A stretch of DNA of 64,000 nucleotides from Lepidodermella squamata (lineage: Eukaryota > Animalia > Gastrotricha), in assembly GCA_047495785.1 (NCBI GenBank), contig JBLDXI010000054.1, forward strand, positions 1,736,001 to 1,800,000. The letters run 5' to 3'. The notes under the pieces are model-generated. The model was not told the DNA's origin. It saw only the letters and a program-made list of their open reading frames with translations, and did no database searches. Of this stretch, positions 61,441 through 64,000 are shown piece by piece (position 1 is the stretch's first letter; the number at the start of each line of letters is the position of its first letter). The translations under genes and the position numbers were made by a program.

Positions 61441-64000
61441 ATGAGTTTACCTGCTGAAGTCGAAGACATCTTTCCTCCGAGCATCGGCTATAATGCTAAA
61501 TCGGTTACCTTTGAAAAAGGAGTCAGATTGGAAGTTGAGATGTCGACTACCTCGCTACGATGTCTACAAACTCGTGACATATGTTGAAAAATCATCAAAA
61601 ATCATCATCAAAAATTGGAAAATCATCAGCGTGGTCTTGCTGTGGCCCCTCCTGTTGTTAATGTTGCCACTTGTAATTCTCCCCCCGTCCTGCCATATTG
61701 TCTGTGTTTCAACCTCCTGCCTCGGATAACTACCCTGTCCCTGATTAACCCCTTGTTTCCCCATTTACTGTCTTTCTTACGCACCGTCGTTGACGAGCGT
61801 AGCTTCATATTGTACACTCGAGCCTGGTCAGATTTTTCTCCTATTGGTACTTATTTTTGTTAGAATGGTTGGACTTTGTATTGTACCAGGACACAAATAA
61901 AGATTTTTATTTATTTTATTCATTGAATTGCCAATTCAAGGAAAATCCTCACCAAAACTTGGACTCTAAAGGTGTTAAGGTATCTTTGCCGAGCTCGAGT
62001 ATTCGAATGACATCGAAGAAGATGATACAATTAATAGGTTGAGACGACGGTGAAACGGGTATGCTGCAGAGCCGATCACAAAACCGGTGAACACAAATCG
62101 AGGGCAGCCAATGCTGAGCCGGGTGCCAAAGCTGTAAAGAAGAACATTGACTCTGACGTCGAAGTCCATCTTCGAAAAATTACTGGCTGTAAAACCTATT
62201 TCAACGTAACTGTTCTACCATCCATAGAAGGATTGGAGAGGCGAGCTAAGAATGAGCGGCTGCGAAGAGACGACTTATACGAAAGTCACCCAGTGTTCGT
62301 GGATGTAAGCTGACTGAACTTGAATTGTAATAATGTTTGTAGTATTTCAATTCACTGATGTAGATAAATTGGTCTCACAACCACTTCGTTTTTGGGCGAA
62401 CAGCGCTGAGATATAAAGATTTGCGAGAAGAAACGAAGAGTCGAATGCGAGCCCTTCTTACTAGCTCAGCGTCTGTGACTCAGGCGGCAATGAAATTCCA
62501 GAACGAGCTAGAACAGCGTTTCCCTGACGTTCACCCCACCATCCTGGCTGCTGATCGTTCTCTTTGTCCGACCACTCGAGAATGGTTACCTCAAAGATCT
62601 TGAAACGATTAGCCTCTATGGCGAGCGTACAGAAGATGCGATGCTGGATCGATTACAGAAATTTGCTAAGGAGCATGCAGATGTTTGCAAATTCCAGGTT
62701 ATTTGGATACATCATGGTTTCTGTGATTTATTACCAGTTTTTGTATTCTCAGGTGTGGCACGAGGATGGGCGGCGTCAGTGGGGTCTGGTCATCAGGACT
62801 CCGTTAATGGAAAGGGTCTTCTCGATGGTGGCTCAGGCAAAGAAGCTGCTATTCTGCGATTCAACAGCTAGTGTGGACCTCACGAACTGCAATTTGACGT
62901 TGCTCATATCAGCCTCGTCAGCAGGCGCCCTACCTTGTGTTGTGGCGATTCACAGCAATCAGGATACGGAGTGCTATAAGCGCGTGTTCAAACTTGCACG
63001 GATATGGTTAGGCGAAAACGTGAAATGTTTCATAACTGATATGAGCGAGGCTGAGCAACAAGGTCTCCTAGCCGCCTTTCCTGGAAGCAGCCTGTTTTAT
63101 TGTGTGTTCCACGTACTACAGGCTGTTTGGCGGTGGCTGATAAATCGGGACCATAGCATTCCTCGCGACTGCTGGTCACGCATTTATGATCGTAAGTTAA
63201 CTGATTTACCGGAATGATGTCTCTTTATAAATAGTTTAAATTTATAGTGTTCCATCGAGTTGCGTATTCTTCCAATTCGGAGGAATTTAAGCGTAACAAG
63301 GATGAGCCACTCGCCGATTCGCTTGTTGCTTGCAATTCAAAGCTGCGCGAATACCTCTTATCACATCTGAAGAATGCTGAGAAATGGGTGGTTGCTTTCC
63401 GGTCTGTGGATTGCGAGGGTCAGATGACAAATAACATCGTGGAACGGTGTGTTGGAATTATCAAAGACATCATCCTCTCTAGAGTTCTAGCCTACGATCC
63501 TGTTTGTCTGGCCGAATTCATTATTGCTGATTTTACCGATTTTTTCAAGAAAAAATTGCTGGATTAATCATCTGGACGTCGAAAGCTAAAAACAGAATGG
63601 CTTTGTCACCGTCATGCAGATATCGAGCATGCCTCTCAGTTTGAAACATACAAGTTCAAAATTACTACCGGAAATGGTGATGTGTACATGGTTGATTTGA
63701 ATTCCTGTTCATGTCCATATGGTCTGAGTGGTCGCATTTGCAAGCATCAAATGACCTTAGCGAAGGATCATGAAATCCCTTTGCCTCTGAACTATATGAT
63801 AATTGGAGAGCCTGAAGTCCTTCAGCTGTTGTCCATTATCGCAACTGGCAGTGCTCCGAAAATCTCATTCTTCGCTGATGAATGCACAACCTACAATATT
63901 GCTGTCACTTCCATTGACAGCAATAATGGTCCCATCTCCGAAGACTGCTGCCTCGACTTGGCTCCAGGTGAAGATACAACTGTTGTAGAGTACGCATCTA
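61441..64000 (+). mobile_element. Decayed intron-containing Mutator-like (MULE) transposase with SWIM zinc finger; runs off the right edge
   Basis: FCDSTAS (D1), FITDMSEAE (D2), CVFH, TNNIVE (E), and CSCPYGLSGRICKH SWIM after an in-frame stop at 63565-63567. Frameshift near 62600. 5' boundary approximate. Confidence 0.85.

Overview
Compact metazoan (invertebrate) genomic DNA with many ~45-60 bp spliceosomal introns, so most genes are split across several ORFs of the supplied track; the models below were re-spliced by hand from GT(GC)-AG boundaries. The window is dominated by a receptor cluster. It holds 11 full-length genes (one with a nonsense codon) plus one remnant of an atypical Cys-loop pentameric ligand-gated ion channel family. 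These lack the vicinal loop-C cysteines, have almost no M3-M4 intracellular domain and share a family-specific extra Cys pair. The cluster also has 2 gustatory-receptor-like (GRL/7TMIC) genes, 4 GABA-B-like class C GPCRs (one pseudogene, one cut by the window edge), a divergent class A GPCR, 2 orphan 7-8TM paralogs and a Ly6/three-finger protein. Other genes: a temptin-copper monooxygenase fusion; a 5-exon gene predicted to encode signal peptide + catalytically dead trypsin + CCP + ankyrin repeats; an orphan internally duplicated protein; a pathogen-related (SnoaL-like) protein; a sulfotransferase-like protein. Two local segmental duplications, MULE transposase relics and several MITEs with recognisable TIRs/TSDs are present. 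Best candidate for an undescribed system: a lineage-specific expansion of minimal orphan Cys-loop channels inside a multi-family, probably chemosensory, cluster. Function and species are inference; no database search was run.
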